Shown here one piece after another: positions 10,166-21,400 of a stretch of 64,000 nt of DNA. The stretch comes from a virus, in the IMG/VR virus record IMGVR_UViG_3300017605_000342, positions 96,875 through 160,874 of that record; one strand, 5' to 3'. The position numbers and the translations under genes were made by a program. A model generated the notes under the pieces. It was not told the DNA's origin. It ran no database searches and saw only the letters and a list, made by a program, of their open reading frames with translations. Each line of letters starts with the position of its first letter. Within the stretch, counting starts at the first letter, position 1.

Positions 10166-11089
10166 TTAACGACTATTTACGCGTACAACAAGGATAGACT
10201 TGTTGTCTTCTGCAACTACACCACCAGTTGCATCGCTGTATCCGTACAAGTGTGGAGCGAAGTGAACCGACGCAGAGATCACATCAGAGAACTTCAATGT
10301 GTTACGGTCGAATTCAACCTGCACTTCACGCTGGTAGAACAACGCCAACGCATCCGGTGCTACTAGATAAGTCTTGTACTGCTGGATAGCAGATACAGTG
10401 TTACTTGTTACCAAGTCAGAAACGTGGATTTTTAGACCAGCAATCATAGGTAGCACGCCACCAACGATCACGTTGTCATTTCCAGACTTCCCGATCTGGT
10501 ACTGATTCTGAACTGCACCAGTCTGTAGCAGGTCACCGTACACCTTTGAGTGCATGATGATCCAACCACCCTGAAGCAATCGGCTGTGATTATCTCCCAG
10601 CTTGCGGGTCATAGCGCGGATAATAGCGTTCTGATCCATAGTACCGTTTGCGTTTGTCTGATCAGCCACAAGGTTCTGATCAAAGTTGTTGGGTGTTAGA
10701 TCCAACTGACCTACCAGCTTAGCATCGATATACTCTGCTGCACGACGAGCAATCTGGTTGGCAATTTCTTCCACAGGGCTAGCCTTAGAAACCAAGCTAG
10801 CTGTGTCGGCGACTTCCCATGATCCACCACCACGTACCACTGTAGCGGTTTCGCTATGTGTAGTGATGTTGTTGGGGGTTAGCGCCACACCTTCAACTAG
10901 GTCCGAAAACCCAGTCATACGGTTCCATGCAGGAATCTTGAAGATTGTTCCGGGGCTTCCCAAAGGAAACTCACCGTTAACCCGAACAAGATTTGTGTTG
11001 CCAAGTACCAGATGGTCTGGAAACTTAGCAGACACCTGGTCTGCAAGAACCTCCGGGTTGATGATGTTAGCAATTTGTGTTAATGCCAT
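10166..11089 (-). CDS. Major capsid protein (HK97 fold)
   Basis: 307 aa; IINPEVLAD..., PGTIFKIPAW, EVQVEFDRN; follows the scaffold; strong SD (AGGAG). Confidence 0.9.
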   Translation of the reverse strand: MALTQIANIINPEVLADQVSAKFPDHLVLGNTNLVRVNGEFPLGSPGTIFKIPAWNRMTGFSDLVEGVALTPNNITTHSETATVVRGGGSWEVADTASLVSKASPVEEIANQIARRAAEYIDAKLVGQLDLTPNNFDQNLVADQTNANGTMDQNAIIRAMTRKLGDNHSRLLQGGWIIMHSKVYGDLLQTGAVQNQYQIGKSGNDNVIVGGVLPMIAGLKIHVSDLVTSNTVSAIQQYKTYLVAPDALALFYQREVQVEFDRNTLKFSDVISASVHFAPHLYGYSDATGGVVAEDNKSILVVRVNSR

Positions 11090-11168
11090 ATTAGTATGTT
11101 TTTAACTCCTAAATATAAAAATACTCGTACAGAGTAGTACGCATCCGGCAGTTGTTAAACTACCCCTC

Positions 11169-11969
11169 TTAAATTAATTTTTTGTCTTTAGCTTCTTTGC
11201 GCATTGCGTCGTATTTAGCTCTGTCCTTAATAAATAGTTCATTCGCTTTGTTGATATCTGAATTCTTACCAAATACGTCTTCTAGTGCCCAACCCTTGCT
11301 GTTTAGCTTAGACTTAGATTCGCTAGAACCAAATCCTTGCAGCGCATCTGCTTGAACGTGTTGTGGGTTAAGTGTTCCGAACTCAATATATAGCTCGGTA
11401 AGACTCATAGGATCTGTCGTAGAATTAACGCGGGCACCGCCTTGTTCATTAACAACTATAAAATCGTCAAGATCCCTGTCATACTTAACCAAGTCTTCAG
11501 TTAGACGCAAGACCTGCTTTGGATTAATAAATTTGAATTTGCCAATCGCTTCAGACATTACGTTGCGTTTGCGGATCGCAATCATCTCGTGATCCTTAGA
11601 CACCAACGCCTGCTGATGGCGTTCAGCTTCCTTCTTTATTGCGTCTCTGTCGGCCTGAACTACTTTATTAGCTTTCTTTAGTTCTTCAACTTCGTTCTTC
11701 AGAATAATAAGTTCCTCAGAAGCATCCTTCGCTGCCTGAGAACCTTTGGGAGCAGCCTCTACCGCAGCCTTAGCTTCGGTTAGTGCCTGCTGTAATGCCG
11801 TTAGATCTTCCTCTAGCTTCTTATTCTTAGCTTGCAAATCTTTCTGGTGTCGTTGCAAACGTTCTGCAATCTTGTCATCGAAAAGTTTCTGCTGAGCTGG
11901 GGTTAATTTGTTCTCTGCACCGTCGTCTGACGTATTGTCCAACGCCGGATTTGTCGCATCCGTTGCCAT
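11169..11969 (-). CDS. Capsid scaffolding protein
   Basis: Acidic N-terminus and long coiled-coil; lies between portal and capsid; SD AGGAG. Confidence 0.8.
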   Translation of the reverse strand: MATDATNPALDNTSDDGAENKLTPAQQKLFDDKIAERLQRHQKDLQAKNKKLEEDLTALQQALTEAKAAVEAAPKGSQAAKDASEELIILKNEVEELKKANKVVQADRDAIKKEAERHQQALVSKDHEMIAIRKRNVMSEAIGKFKFINPKQVLRLTEDLVKYDRDLDDFIVVNEQGGARVNSTTDPMSLTELYIEFGTLNPQHVQADALQGFGSSESKSKLNSKGWALEDVFGKNSDINKANELFIKDRAKYDAMRKEAKDKKLI

Positions 11970-12020
11970 TTTAAAACTCCTTTTTACTTCAACCTAGTTA
12001 TAACGTACTAGTAACCGTGA

Positions 12021-12236
12021 TTAGTTGCGGCTGTCTTGGCCGTCTGGATTTGCTGTAGCGGCTAATTTCTTTTTAGAAATCAACGCCATCGCATCTCCTA
12101 GTTTTCCTACAGTCTTTCCCATCTTAGTAATGTCAGAGGCTGCCTCAGGCTTTTCTCCTGTAGCTGCTCCACCACCACCACGATTGGTAGTTGACTTATA
12201 CTGATTTCCTACTTCGGGTTTTTCCATATTAATCAC
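12021..12236 (-). CDS. Hypothetical small protein
   Basis: ORF between portal and scaffold. Confidence 0.4.
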   Translation of the reverse strand: MINMEKPEVGNQYKSTTNRGGGGAATGEKPEAASDITKMGKTVGKLGDAMALISKKKLAATANPDGQDSRN

Positions 12237-13821
12237 TCCGTAACTTATTATTAGGGCCTGTTTTCTGTTTCTCGGATTCCTTCTTTACTTCCGCCATCGT
12301 ACCGGTTTGCTTCGGCTTCTGCTGAGCAGCGGGTGATTTTCCACCAGCCATAACTTCCTCGTGCCATTCTGCAAAATCAAGGCTGTCAATTTCTTTCATG
12401 ACCTTGGCTAGGTCTTCCACAGAAAGCTTACCGTCATGTTCCTTGACTAAACGCTTAAGTTCGGCTTTAGCAAACGTCTCGGAGGGCAACGCCAAGTCCT
12501 TGAACAACATCAAGAGATTCGTCATGGAATCTACAAGGTTCGTTAGTTCGTAATGGTCCTTGTACTTGATCTTGCCTGACCACTTCTTTCCGTTAAATAG
12601 CCACGTTAAGCGGAACAGCTTGTTCTCGGCATCTTCTAACCGCTGTGCCCACGTTGCAATAAAAGGCACGGTGCGGGAAAATGACATCGACTGAGACATA
12701 CCAGAAGATTTCGCTCCGTTAGCTAAATCGCTACGTAAGTCTTGTACAGCCTGCCGAAAAATTTCGTTGATATTACTCTGACGTTCTTCCTGCAAGAACT
12801 TGGCGGGGTCTGCCGGCGGCGTAATGTATTGTGGCGGCTGCCCTCCCTTAGGGAAGTACACAACGTTAGACGTTGATACGTTACCCTGACTTGCATTCTG
12901 CATCGGGAACATCATGTCTTGTTCTTTGGCTAGAATATTAAAACACTGTCTATACAGAAACTCATCGATTAACGATGTAATATTCAAAATCGATCTGTTG
13001 GTGGCTCCAATATCTCGTAAAAAACTATTGCCCATTCCTTTATACTTCTTGCTGTGTTTGTATGCGATGCATACAATCGGTAACTCTTTTATAGGTAGCG
13101 GGCGTTCCTCACGGGACACAATCTCTGGTCGCTTTTCATCAGTGACATCTACTATGGTTACTGTGACGCGATCCAAGAACCACTCACGGTAAACTTCATA
13201 GTACTTTTTACTACCCGATAACTGGTCGTGAGAGATTTCCATCTGAAGTCTCTTCACATAAACGAAGTTACCAAAGTCGTCAGTATCCCAATCAAGTATT
13301 TCGTCTGGAGGTACTATGCACCAATAGGGTCTGATGCCTAACTCTTGGGCACGATAAACAGTGAAGATATCTCCTTCTGCCAATTGAACCAACGGAGTAT
13401 CTACAAAAACAAAAACATGTCCGTAAATACGGCCTAAGTTGGAGACTTCGTGCATAAACCCATCGACCGACGACCCACGTTTATCCACGTCCTTAATGAA
13501 CTCTGAAAACGCCAAGTTGTCTGCTCCACCGTCTCTATCGATAACATCAGAGAAAATGAAGTTTGTGTAAAAGTCAATAGTTAACGCACAGTAATTAAGA
13601 TAATGGGCGCGTTTAATACGGTCGTAATAATCTTCTTCGTTCTCACGCATATGCTTGAAGATGTTGTTTGCAATTGCATCCGCCCCACCTTCATAGCTAT
13701 TAACAAAAAATTCCCACTGAGGTTTATAGATGTCGTAGTACTCGTGAGTACTCCGTAAACGCTCTAGTTCATCCCTCTCAGACTGATTAGGAATATCGAC
13801 GTATGTTACAATGTCTGCCAT
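12229..13821 (-). CDS. Portal protein
   Basis: 530 aa; ENEEDYYDRIKRAHYLN, YGHVFVFVD, RPYW...EILDW and KSSG motifs; upstream of scaffold and capsid. Confidence 0.88.
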   Translation of the reverse strand: MADIVTYVDIPNQSERDELERLRSTHEYYDIYKPQWEFFVNSYEGGADAIANNIFKHMRENEEDYYDRIKRAHYLNYCALTIDFYTNFIFSDVIDRDGGADNLAFSEFIKDVDKRGSSVDGFMHEVSNLGRIYGHVFVFVDTPLVQLAEGDIFTVYRAQELGIRPYWCIVPPDEILDWDTDDFGNFVYVKRLQMEISHDQLSGSKKYYEVYREWFLDRVTVTIVDVTDEKRPEIVSREERPLPIKELPIVCIAYKHSKKYKGMGNSFLRDIGATNRSILNITSLIDEFLYRQCFNILAKEQDMMFPMQNASQGNVSTSNVVYFPKGGQPPQYITPPADPAKFLQEERQSNINEIFRQAVQDLRSDLANGAKSSGMSQSMSFSRTVPFIATWAQRLEDAENKLFRLTWLFNGKKWSGKIKYKDHYELTNLVDSMTNLLMLFKDLALPSETFAKAELKRLVKEHDGKLSVEDLAKVMKEIDSLDFAEWHEEVMAGGKSPAAQQKPKQTGTMAEVKKESEKQKTGPNNKLRSD

Positions 13822-14777
13822 TATCTATAACTGACCTCGTTCGTTAAGAACCAGTGCAGTTGTTCCTCCAGCGTCTTTAAGCGCCGTAACCGCAGCCACT
13901 CTGTGTAAGGTTTGCTGCGTTCTTTTGCTTCCATCATCAAATCAAACATTGACTTACTTTGTAATGGCTTTGCTTGTTTCTTAAAATGCTCAGCCATGTC
14001 GTACACATATTGATCGGCGGTTTTATCTGCCAAAATGTACGCACAAGAAAATAAGTTCTTGTAAAAGTTCGATGAATGGTGTCTTGCATACCCTCTGCTT
14101 GCTGCTGCCCAGTGGCGGTGTATTGACAGAGGTGACATATACACCTTACCGCCTTGCATCCAAATCGATAAGTCCGTGGATAACTCTTCACCCGCGTAGC
14201 CTTCGAACGCGCTGCATAGATGATACCCACCATACTTTACAAACGACTCTCGCTTAACACTGACTCCACCATGACCCCCAGCGGCGATTGGAAATGGCTT
14301 ATATGGATAATAAGGAACAGCTTCTGCCGAACCCCAAAAATCTCTTTTGAGTTGCAGCTTGTATCCATACAGCACCAAGTCTTTAGGATAGTACTGAGTA
14401 GCTGAATGCAGCATATCTGCGTCTGGCACTCGTTCCCAATCGTGCATCAGTTGCTTAAAGAACCCAGGACAAACCACGATATGGTTGTCAGCGAAAAACA
14501 CGTACTTTCCAGTAGAGTTCTCAAAAGCCCTTGCACGAGCAGCTTGGGGAGTAAGCGGGTTATCTGTATGGTCGTAATACGTTAAAAAATCTGTTGTGCG
14601 CTTCAGTTCACCTATTGTTTGTTTGAGATCAGCGTCGGGCTTTTCACCGTTTGAAACGATGCTAAACTCAAAGTCTAGCTTTGCTTCCTGTAGCTCAAAC
14701 TCGAGAGAATTGATTGTGGCCCACAACAAACCTGCCGGGCCTCTATGTGCTATACATATTGAAATGTCTTTCGTCAC
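13821..14777 (-). CDS. Glycosyltransferase family 2 (GT-A)
   Basis: ISICIAH start, ARARAFENSTGKYVFFADNH (DxD-like), YGGY and GYAGEE motifs. Confidence 0.8.
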   Translation of the reverse strand: MTKDISICIAHRGPAGLLWATINSLEFELQEAKLDFEFSIVSNGEKPDADLKQTIGELKRTTDFLTYYDHTDNPLTPQAARARAFENSTGKYVFFADNHIVVCPGFFKQLMHDWERVPDADMLHSATQYYPKDLVLYGYKLQLKRDFWGSAEAVPYYPYKPFPIAAGGHGGVSVKRESFVKYGGYHLCSAFEGYAGEELSTDLSIWMQGGKVYMSPLSIHRHWAAASRGYARHHSSNFYKNLFSCAYILADKTADQYVYDMAEHFKKQAKPLQSKSMFDLMMEAKERSKPYTEWLRLRRLKTLEEQLHWFLTNEVSYR

Positions 14778-14861
14778 ACATCTGCCTTTCCGAGGGTATA
14801 TTACCCGATATTTTTATTTTACCACAGTACTAGTACTGTTGCTTAATCATACCTGTTAATA

Positions 14862-15200
14862 TTACTCGTTATTCCCAGTACGTACTTTAACTTCTGCCGG
14901 AATTACCCATTTACCTTGAATACCAGATTGTACAGCTACAATCTCTAGTTTATAACCACCACCTAGTGTTGGATTAAAAGTTTCTTGGATAGGTCCTCGA
15001 TACATACCATTACTTGCTACCACGTAAGACAGCGTAATTGCATTGACTTCAGGTACTATGTCTCCGTCTCTGTCTTTAAGGGTAGCAGTCACAGTTGCGG
15101 CGTTGAAATACGACGCGTCATCCAACCCGTCATGGAGTTCGTCGATTTCCACATACATATCATTTTCAATAAATAGTGTTACTTTGGTTGGTATTGCCAT
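14862..15200 (-). CDS. Hypothetical beta-sandwich protein (likely virion)
   Basis: Probable start MAIPTKV at 15200; NAATVTATLKD...GMYRG beta-rich pattern. Confidence 0.45.
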   Translation of the reverse strand: MAIPTKVTLFIENDMYVEIDELHDGLDDASYFNAATVTATLKDRDGDIVPEVNAITLSYVVASNGMYRGPIQETFNPTLGGGYKLEIVAVQSGIQGKWVIPAEVKVRTGNNE

Positions 15201-15211
15201 TAAATGTCCCC

Positions 15212-16027
15212 TTAGATGCCTACTACTCTGAACCAATCAGATAGCATATGAGCGCCTGAACTAGATGTTTGCAGGCAGTAGCCTACCTGATCAAAGCTAG
15301 TAATGTACGTCGCAATGGTTTCAGAGTATACCGTTCTCCAGTCCGTCTCCGCACTATCTCCAGACGCTACTCTAAAAACAATGTTTGTACCATCATTCTC
15401 AATAGCTAGCATTGTTCTAGCCGATCTAGTCAGTTCAATGTCGGCAGTCAGTGCGTTCGCGTTGAACGTTGACGAGTCAGTATTTTTCTGAATAAGCACC
15501 TCACCAATATGAGAGGATAGTAGGCATATCAACCTACCATTGCTGTTATTACGCACGAACAACCCACCGTATGTAGCAGACGATCCTACTGGTAGAACAG
15601 TGATTGGTGCGTAATACCTTTTGTTAGTTGGTGACGAAGCTGTTTTGTAAAGATATGCACCACGACCAGAAGTACCGGAAGTAGCAGACATACGTAACAG
15701 GCTGGGTGTCAAATTGTTCACGTCTGCAACTACTACTGAATGGTTATCATAGGTCCACCCAGATGGCGGATCGGCATTGGCACCTTCCCACTCTTCGTCT
15801 TCAGAAGCGTCTCGTCTCGGCCAACCTGGTTGATCTACTGGCCTCCACAACGCCCCAGAAGAATCCTTAAAGTACAGCTTATTGTCCTTACTTAATTTAT
15901 ATAGCTGAGTCGCGCTAGCACCACCCACACTTGGCAAACTTGTCACTTCAATCATGTCATCCTCTTCTGATCTAACTGCATTTGTATAAATAAATGTGTC
16001 GGTGAAATCTATTATAGCTCTAGGCAT
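15212..16027 (-). CDS. Putative virion lectin/ConA-like domain protein
   Basis: Ser/Thr/Gly-rich beta protein ending in DWFRV, typical of jelly-roll C-termini. Confidence 0.4.
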   Translation of the reverse strand: MPRAIIDFTDTFIYTNAVRSEEDDMIEVTSLPSVGGASATQLYKLSKDNKLYFKDSSGALWRPVDQPGWPRRDASEDEEWEGANADPPSGWTYDNHSVVVADVNNLTPSLLRMSATSGTSGRGAYLYKTASSPTNKRYYAPITVLPVGSSATYGGLFVRNNSNGRLICLLSSHIGEVLIQKNTDSSTFNANALTADIELTRSARTMLAIENDGTNIVFRVASGDSAETDWRTVYSETIATYITSFDQVGYCLQTSSSGAHMLSDWFRVVGI

Positions 16028-16861
16028 TTAGTACTCTATAATTTCAAATCTTTTTGAATATGAATAATTGCTAGTATTGATACACTTCGGACTGGCAGTT
16101 ACACCACCCGACAACCACTTGTTTGTGAAATAACTGGTTGCTATGGCTAAGTCCGACCCTTGTCCGTTAAGGTCAACGTTGTACATGGCAACTTCGCCAA
16201 CACGGCCATTGAAGTAAGCACTTCCTGCCGTACCATTCCTACCAAGCATAATGTTTCCGGTAGTTGTGGAAGTTGCTCCACTAGCAACACTAGACTCTGC
16301 CCCGCCATTAATAGCCATGTACAGGTTTGTTCCATTATGTCTAAGCATGACAACATAAGATGTAGCCAAACTGATTGTAGCTTCAACTTTGTCTTCATTC
16401 CCATCCCAGTTATACCCTTGTAAAGTATGAACTCCAGCAACACTCTTAACATGCAAACCAAAAAACTGCCCAGAATCTACAAAAATTCCATCGTTGTTAA
16501 ATGCACTTGCATCCGAACCAACTATTGCCTCAACATAAATAGACAACAAAACTGTTTTGGCACTTGCACTCAAAACATTGGCCAAACTTTTTGGAGTAAC
16601 CCCGGCACTATCGTACAAACCCATTCGGTCATTTGTACCATCAAAATCTAAACATGCCAAAGCCATCAACGGAACAGAAGTTCGGTAAGTCGGTTCGGCA
16701 GACGGGTCTGACAAATACCAAAAAGACAAATCTTTACCGTCATCGTCTTCCCATTCTTCTACAGTTTCCCCATCCACAGCAGAAGTTGAACCTGTCTTGA
16801 TAACGTCGTCATTATTAGATGCATCAAAATGTGCCGTTAAGTTCGTTGTTGGTAAAGGCAT
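16028..16861 (-). CDS. LamG/concanavalin A-like domain protein
   Basis: LTAHFDAS, LDFDGTND and IMLGR...YFNGRVGEVAMYN motifs. Confidence 0.7.
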   Translation of the reverse strand: MPLPTTNLTAHFDASNNDDVIKTGSTSAVDGETVEEWEDDDGKDLSFWYLSDPSAEPTYRTSVPLMALACLDFDGTNDRMGLYDSAGVTPKSLANVLSASAKTVLLSIYVEAIVGSDASAFNNDGIFVDSGQFFGLHVKSVAGVHTLQGYNWDGNEDKVEATISLATSYVVMLRHNGTNLYMAINGGAESSVASGATSTTTGNIMLGRNGTAGSAYFNGRVGEVAMYNVDLNGQGSDLAIATSYFTNKWLSGGVTASPKCINTSNYSYSKRFEIIEY

Positions 16862-16863
16862 AA

Positions 16864-18411
16864 TTAAACTGGAGTTGGCATGTTTGCCCCAATATCACCA
16901 CCATCTGTCGCAGCATTGTGATATGGGCTAATATTAGTTAAACGTAGGTCAGCATATCCAGATAATGTTACAAACCCGACCTCAGCCAAAGTATCAGGAA
17001 AGTAATTACCAGCGGGATAAAATGGTCCCCACCCTTGATCTACGGGAGTTGCAAATACATTCTTAGAAATCACAGAATTTGGAAGATATGTATTGATTGA
17101 CGGAGTACCAGAATTCTGTCCATCGCCTTTAATTCCATATTGATTGTGCTGAACGATGTTATTGGTAAAACGCATTCGCGGACAAGGAGCTGCGCTAAGA
17201 ATCATCGTATCTCCACTATTCAAAATAGTATTGTGGTCGATGTTAATATCTTGATAACCATTAATTAATAGGAATGGATTTACATCAATGTCATAAATCA
17301 AATTTCTTTGAATACATAGTCTTTGAGCGAAATCACTTGGAACGCCACTTTCTGTGTCCTGCCCGAGCATATTAATACCGTTGTACGAATTACGGATCGT
17401 GTTACGTAAAAACGAAACATCACTAACAGTAGCCCAAGGATTTGTACCACTTTGGTTACGTACAGTAAATAGAACCGCGTAGCCAGTCTGAGCATCCGCC
17501 CAACAGTTTTCAACAATATTGTCAGAAACTAGAACTCTCTTGGCGTGTTTAAGTTCCAAGCTATTCTTCACTGTCCAGTGAGTTCCCAAATAACTAGGAT
17601 CGTCTATCTTCCAAGTTAGTGGCTTAAACAATAAATTATTGCGAATCTCAATGTCTGACGGAGTAAGGTTGTGAATAGCTGCATCTGCCCCTCCAAACAA
17701 AACATTCTCACCAGCACCCTCTAGGTAATTGTTAACAATCTTATAGGGGCCTAAACCTGTCCACCCAGCAATAGCTTGAGTATCTGCTCCGACCTCTTTC
17801 CAGTCGGAAACATAAGAGTCAATAACTGCCTGGTGACTTCCTGCAAACATAACCCCGCGTCTCCCGCCATTTACCGAACTACCACGCACGCCACAACGAT
17901 CTAAAATGATGTGGTGCGGAAAATTGTTTGCGTTTGTTTCAGAGCCTGTACCAAGACACACTAATCCACCGTTTGTTGCCGTTGCGCCGGATTTAATGTC
18001 ACAGTTAATAAAACGGTAATGATGTGCTCCTGCTTCTGCTTGGATAGTTGCGGCAGTATTGGCAGTAGCGATCTTAGGAAATCCGGTCAAGTCCCCGGTA
18101 GTAACTCGCGTACCCTCCGTAGTTAACGAAGCAGAACTACGAATATAAATGTAACTACTACCACTCTTAACTGGTAGACTGAAATTTCCAGTATAAACAG
18201 ATCCAGCATTAAGCGTAATTATATCTCCAGGATTTGCAGAGTTTAACGCGGCTTGAAAATCTCCACCATCTCCTACTACAATGGTTGACCCAGAAGGAGT
18301 AACGTACGTTGTATCTATATACACGCGTGGTAATTCTGGATCTGCAAATGGAACTGGCTTAAAATGTTTATGTGTGAATGGAAAATTATAACCAATCATT
18401 TTATTCATCAT
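16864..18411 (-). CDS. Right-handed beta-helix (pectate-lyase-like) protein, possible depolymerase
   Basis: DFQAALNSANPGDIITL, IVNNYLEGAGENVLFGG, IEIRNN and DGGDIGA repeats; start uncertain. Confidence 0.75.
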   Translation of the reverse strand: MMNKMIGYNFPFTHKHFKPVPFADPELPRVYIDTTYVTPSGSTIVVGDGGDFQAALNSANPGDIITLNAGSVYTGNFSLPVKSGSSYIYIRSSASLTTEGTRVTTGDLTGFPKIATANTAATIQAEAGAHHYRFINCDIKSGATATNGGLVCLGTGSETNANNFPHHIILDRCGVRGSSVNGGRRGVMFAGSHQAVIDSYVSDWKEVGADTQAIAGWTGLGPYKIVNNYLEGAGENVLFGGADAAIHNLTPSDIEIRNNLLFKPLTWKIDDPSYLGTHWTVKNSLELKHAKRVLVSDNIVENCWADAQTGYAVLFTVRNQSGTNPWATVSDVSFLRNTIRNSYNGINMLGQDTESGVPSDFAQRLCIQRNLIYDIDVNPFLLINGYQDINIDHNTILNSGDTMILSAAPCPRMRFTNNIVQHNQYGIKGDGQNSGTPSINTYLPNSVISKNVFATPVDQGWGPFYPAGNYFPDTLAEVGFVTLSGYADLRLTNISPYHNAATDGGDIGANMPTPV

Positions 18412-21400
18412 CCTTACATGCTGCAAGATCAACATCGGCTTGCACTGCCTTGACTATATCAGCCGACCCAACAACAGCCGCAGGGATAACTTCGGCAGTA
18501 TTGGTTACTGCTGCTGGTATAACATCAGCCGCCAGCACAACAGCCGCAGGGATAACATCAGCAGTGTTTGTGACACTAGCTGGAGTAACTTCAGCAGTGT
18601 TGGTTACCATAGCCAAAATAACGGCGATGGTAGTTAGACACATTGTTCTTAAAATAAACAACGACTGATCTGGTGTCAGATGTATTTGCTGAATTAACCA
18701 TGATTTTACAAAATGTGTAAAAATCGGTTCGTTGGTTTGTAACAACCAATCCAAGTCAATCAGAGGAGTATTGAACTCCATTCCACTAATTAGTGAAAGC
18801 AACTCGGCACGGAACTTTGCTGATCGAGTGATTTCGGTAAACGCCGGCAACCACGTAGAAAGATCAAAGATTTCTTCACGTTTTACAAAAGATAACCGTG
18901 ATAGTTCAACAGAGTTCTTTCTCCCTAACAGCGTTGGAACAAAGTTCTCTTTGAACCACTTGTCCAAAGTAACCACTTCACTAGGAGTAAACTGGAATGT
19001 GCCGTTTCTGTCTATAAGTGCGAATCTCTTCTGGGGACGCTCTAGTTCTCTAGCCCATTTATCCAGAGTTACTTGCTCTCCGCTAGGAGTAAACTGGAAT
19101 GCACTACCCTTATCTAGTAGTGTTAACTTCTTAGCTGGGCGTTCTAATTCTTTAAACCACTTATCGACAGTAACACCACCATCTTGGCGTGGAACCACTA
19201 CTCCCAGAACATCACGGAAAAATTTCTTAGAGAAGATCGGGTTGTGATCTTTGTACCACTTATCAACCGTAGTTCTCTCGGCTTGTGTTAGCTGTCTTGG
19301 ATCAATTGCGTAATACCCCGTACGAATAAGAGGAATGCGGGTTGTGGGTGGTATACCAGTTTCTCTGAACCAACGATCCACGGGAACTCTAAACTCGCGT
19401 GTATCCATAACAGACACACCCTCTCTTACCAAGCGAAGCTTATCTCTCTGTGGTACAGACAACTGCTGCCAATACTTATCCAAGTCAATTCTGAACTGCT
19501 TGGCATCAAACACACTAGCCCCTTCACGCACCAACTGTGGTGGAAATCTTCTAGGTTCTGCTAGTTGTCGCCAGTACTTATCCAGTGTAATTCTTTCTGC
19601 TTGTGTCAATTGTCGCGGGTCAATAGTGAACCACCCAGGCAATCTTGGGGCAGCTTTCTTTGGCGGTGTTTCTGTTTCTTTAAACCACCGATCTGAAAAC
19701 GCAGACGTGTCCTCGTATCTAAACGGAGAAACTGAATGATCATACTGGGGCAATTCACGAATAGGCAAATACAAACTAGTCTTAGTACCAACCACAAAGC
19801 TAACTATAAACCGTGGTAAAACCTGAGATTGGCTTTCACGAACTAGCGGTAACACGCTGCGTCTTGGTTCTGAAAGTGGTCCCCACCACTTATCTACAGT
19901 TACTATTTCTTGTTGCTGTTGGTACGGAGGATATACCGAAGTATCGCGCAAACTTGGTCTAGCTTTGTTGAAGTCTAGATAAAAAGTACCATCCTGTCCC
20001 ACAACAAATGAGATATCTTTTGCATCTATAAACTCATTAACATAAGGTGTTAATTGCTTTTGTATGCGCTTATACTCTTGTTGATAAACAAACTTATCCA
20101 CATCAATTCTAAACTGCTTAGGATCAAAACCAGACACGCCCTCTTTCACTAGCTCAGACTTAGAACGACGTGGCTCTGACAACTGCTGCCAGTACTTATC
20201 GATGGTACTGCGTTCAGCCTGAATCAATTGATATGGATCTATTGTGTACCCCTCTTTCACCAACGGCTTAGCAGTCTTTGGAGGTGTCTGAGTTTCACGA
20301 TACCATCTATCCAGATCTACCCTGAATTCTTTTAGATCAAACGCAGAAATGCCTTGCTTCAACAGTTGGGCCGAAGTTCTTACTGGTGTTTCAGTATTAC
20401 GATACCAACCGTCCAGTCTCGCAACAAACTGTCTTACATCGAAAATACTAAGACCTTCTCTGACAAGTGCTGGTTTGGAACGCACTGGTTCTGTTAGTTG
20501 TTGCCAATACTTATCAACTGTAGAACGCTCAGCCTGTGTTAACTGACGTGGATCAATAGTGAACGCACCTTCACGAACTAGTGGCATACGTTGCCAAATA
20601 GTCTTTTCAGTTTCCTTGAACCATTTATCTACAGTTATTGTTTCACCACGAGAAACTAAGTCCTTCGCAAAAAATCCTTCTGGTACTAATGGTTTCTTTG
20701 TCCAAAGTGTTCTTGCAGTTTCTCTGTACCACTTATCCAACGTACTATTCTCAGCCTGTGTTAGCTGTCTAGGATCTATGACAAATAAACCCTCACGCAC
20801 AAGCGGTCGAACCCTATCCGGTGGCGTCCCAGTCAGTCTAAACCATCTATCTAATGGTACCAGAAGCTCGTGTGGGTCTGTAACAGATATACCAGATCTA
20901 GGTAGTATCTTAGCTAACGGCATCGGCTCAAAAATATTTCTAAACCACTTATCTACTGTAGATGTTTCTCCAGTAAAGAACGGGGCGGCTTTACCTTGGT
21001 ACTGAAACTTGGTTAGATATCTTAAATGCAAGTCATTGGTTACAACTGCAATTACGTCAGGCTGTGAAAACGGATACGTAGGAAACGTACTTTGTTGCCC
21101 TGTGATAAGTGGATCACGTAATGGCAAGTAAATACTTGTCTTTGTACCTACTGCGTATCTCACAGTAAATTCAGTGAACGCCTGCGTATGACCTTCTCTA
21201 ACCAACTGGCGCGGCACCATTCTTGGCTGATTAGGTAATTGGTAATGCTTGTCTATCGTCACTATCTCTTGCTGCTGTTGGTATGCGGGTGCTGCCAACA
21301 TATCCAACGTCGCTAATCTAGCCTTACCAAAAGGACGGTACGACACTTGATAGTACTTGTCGATAGAACTACGTTCAGCCTGTGTTAATTGTACAGGGTC

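Noticed and set aside
18732-21005. Plus-strand ORFs within the repeat protein
   Set aside because: Antisense shadows of 18401..21856.
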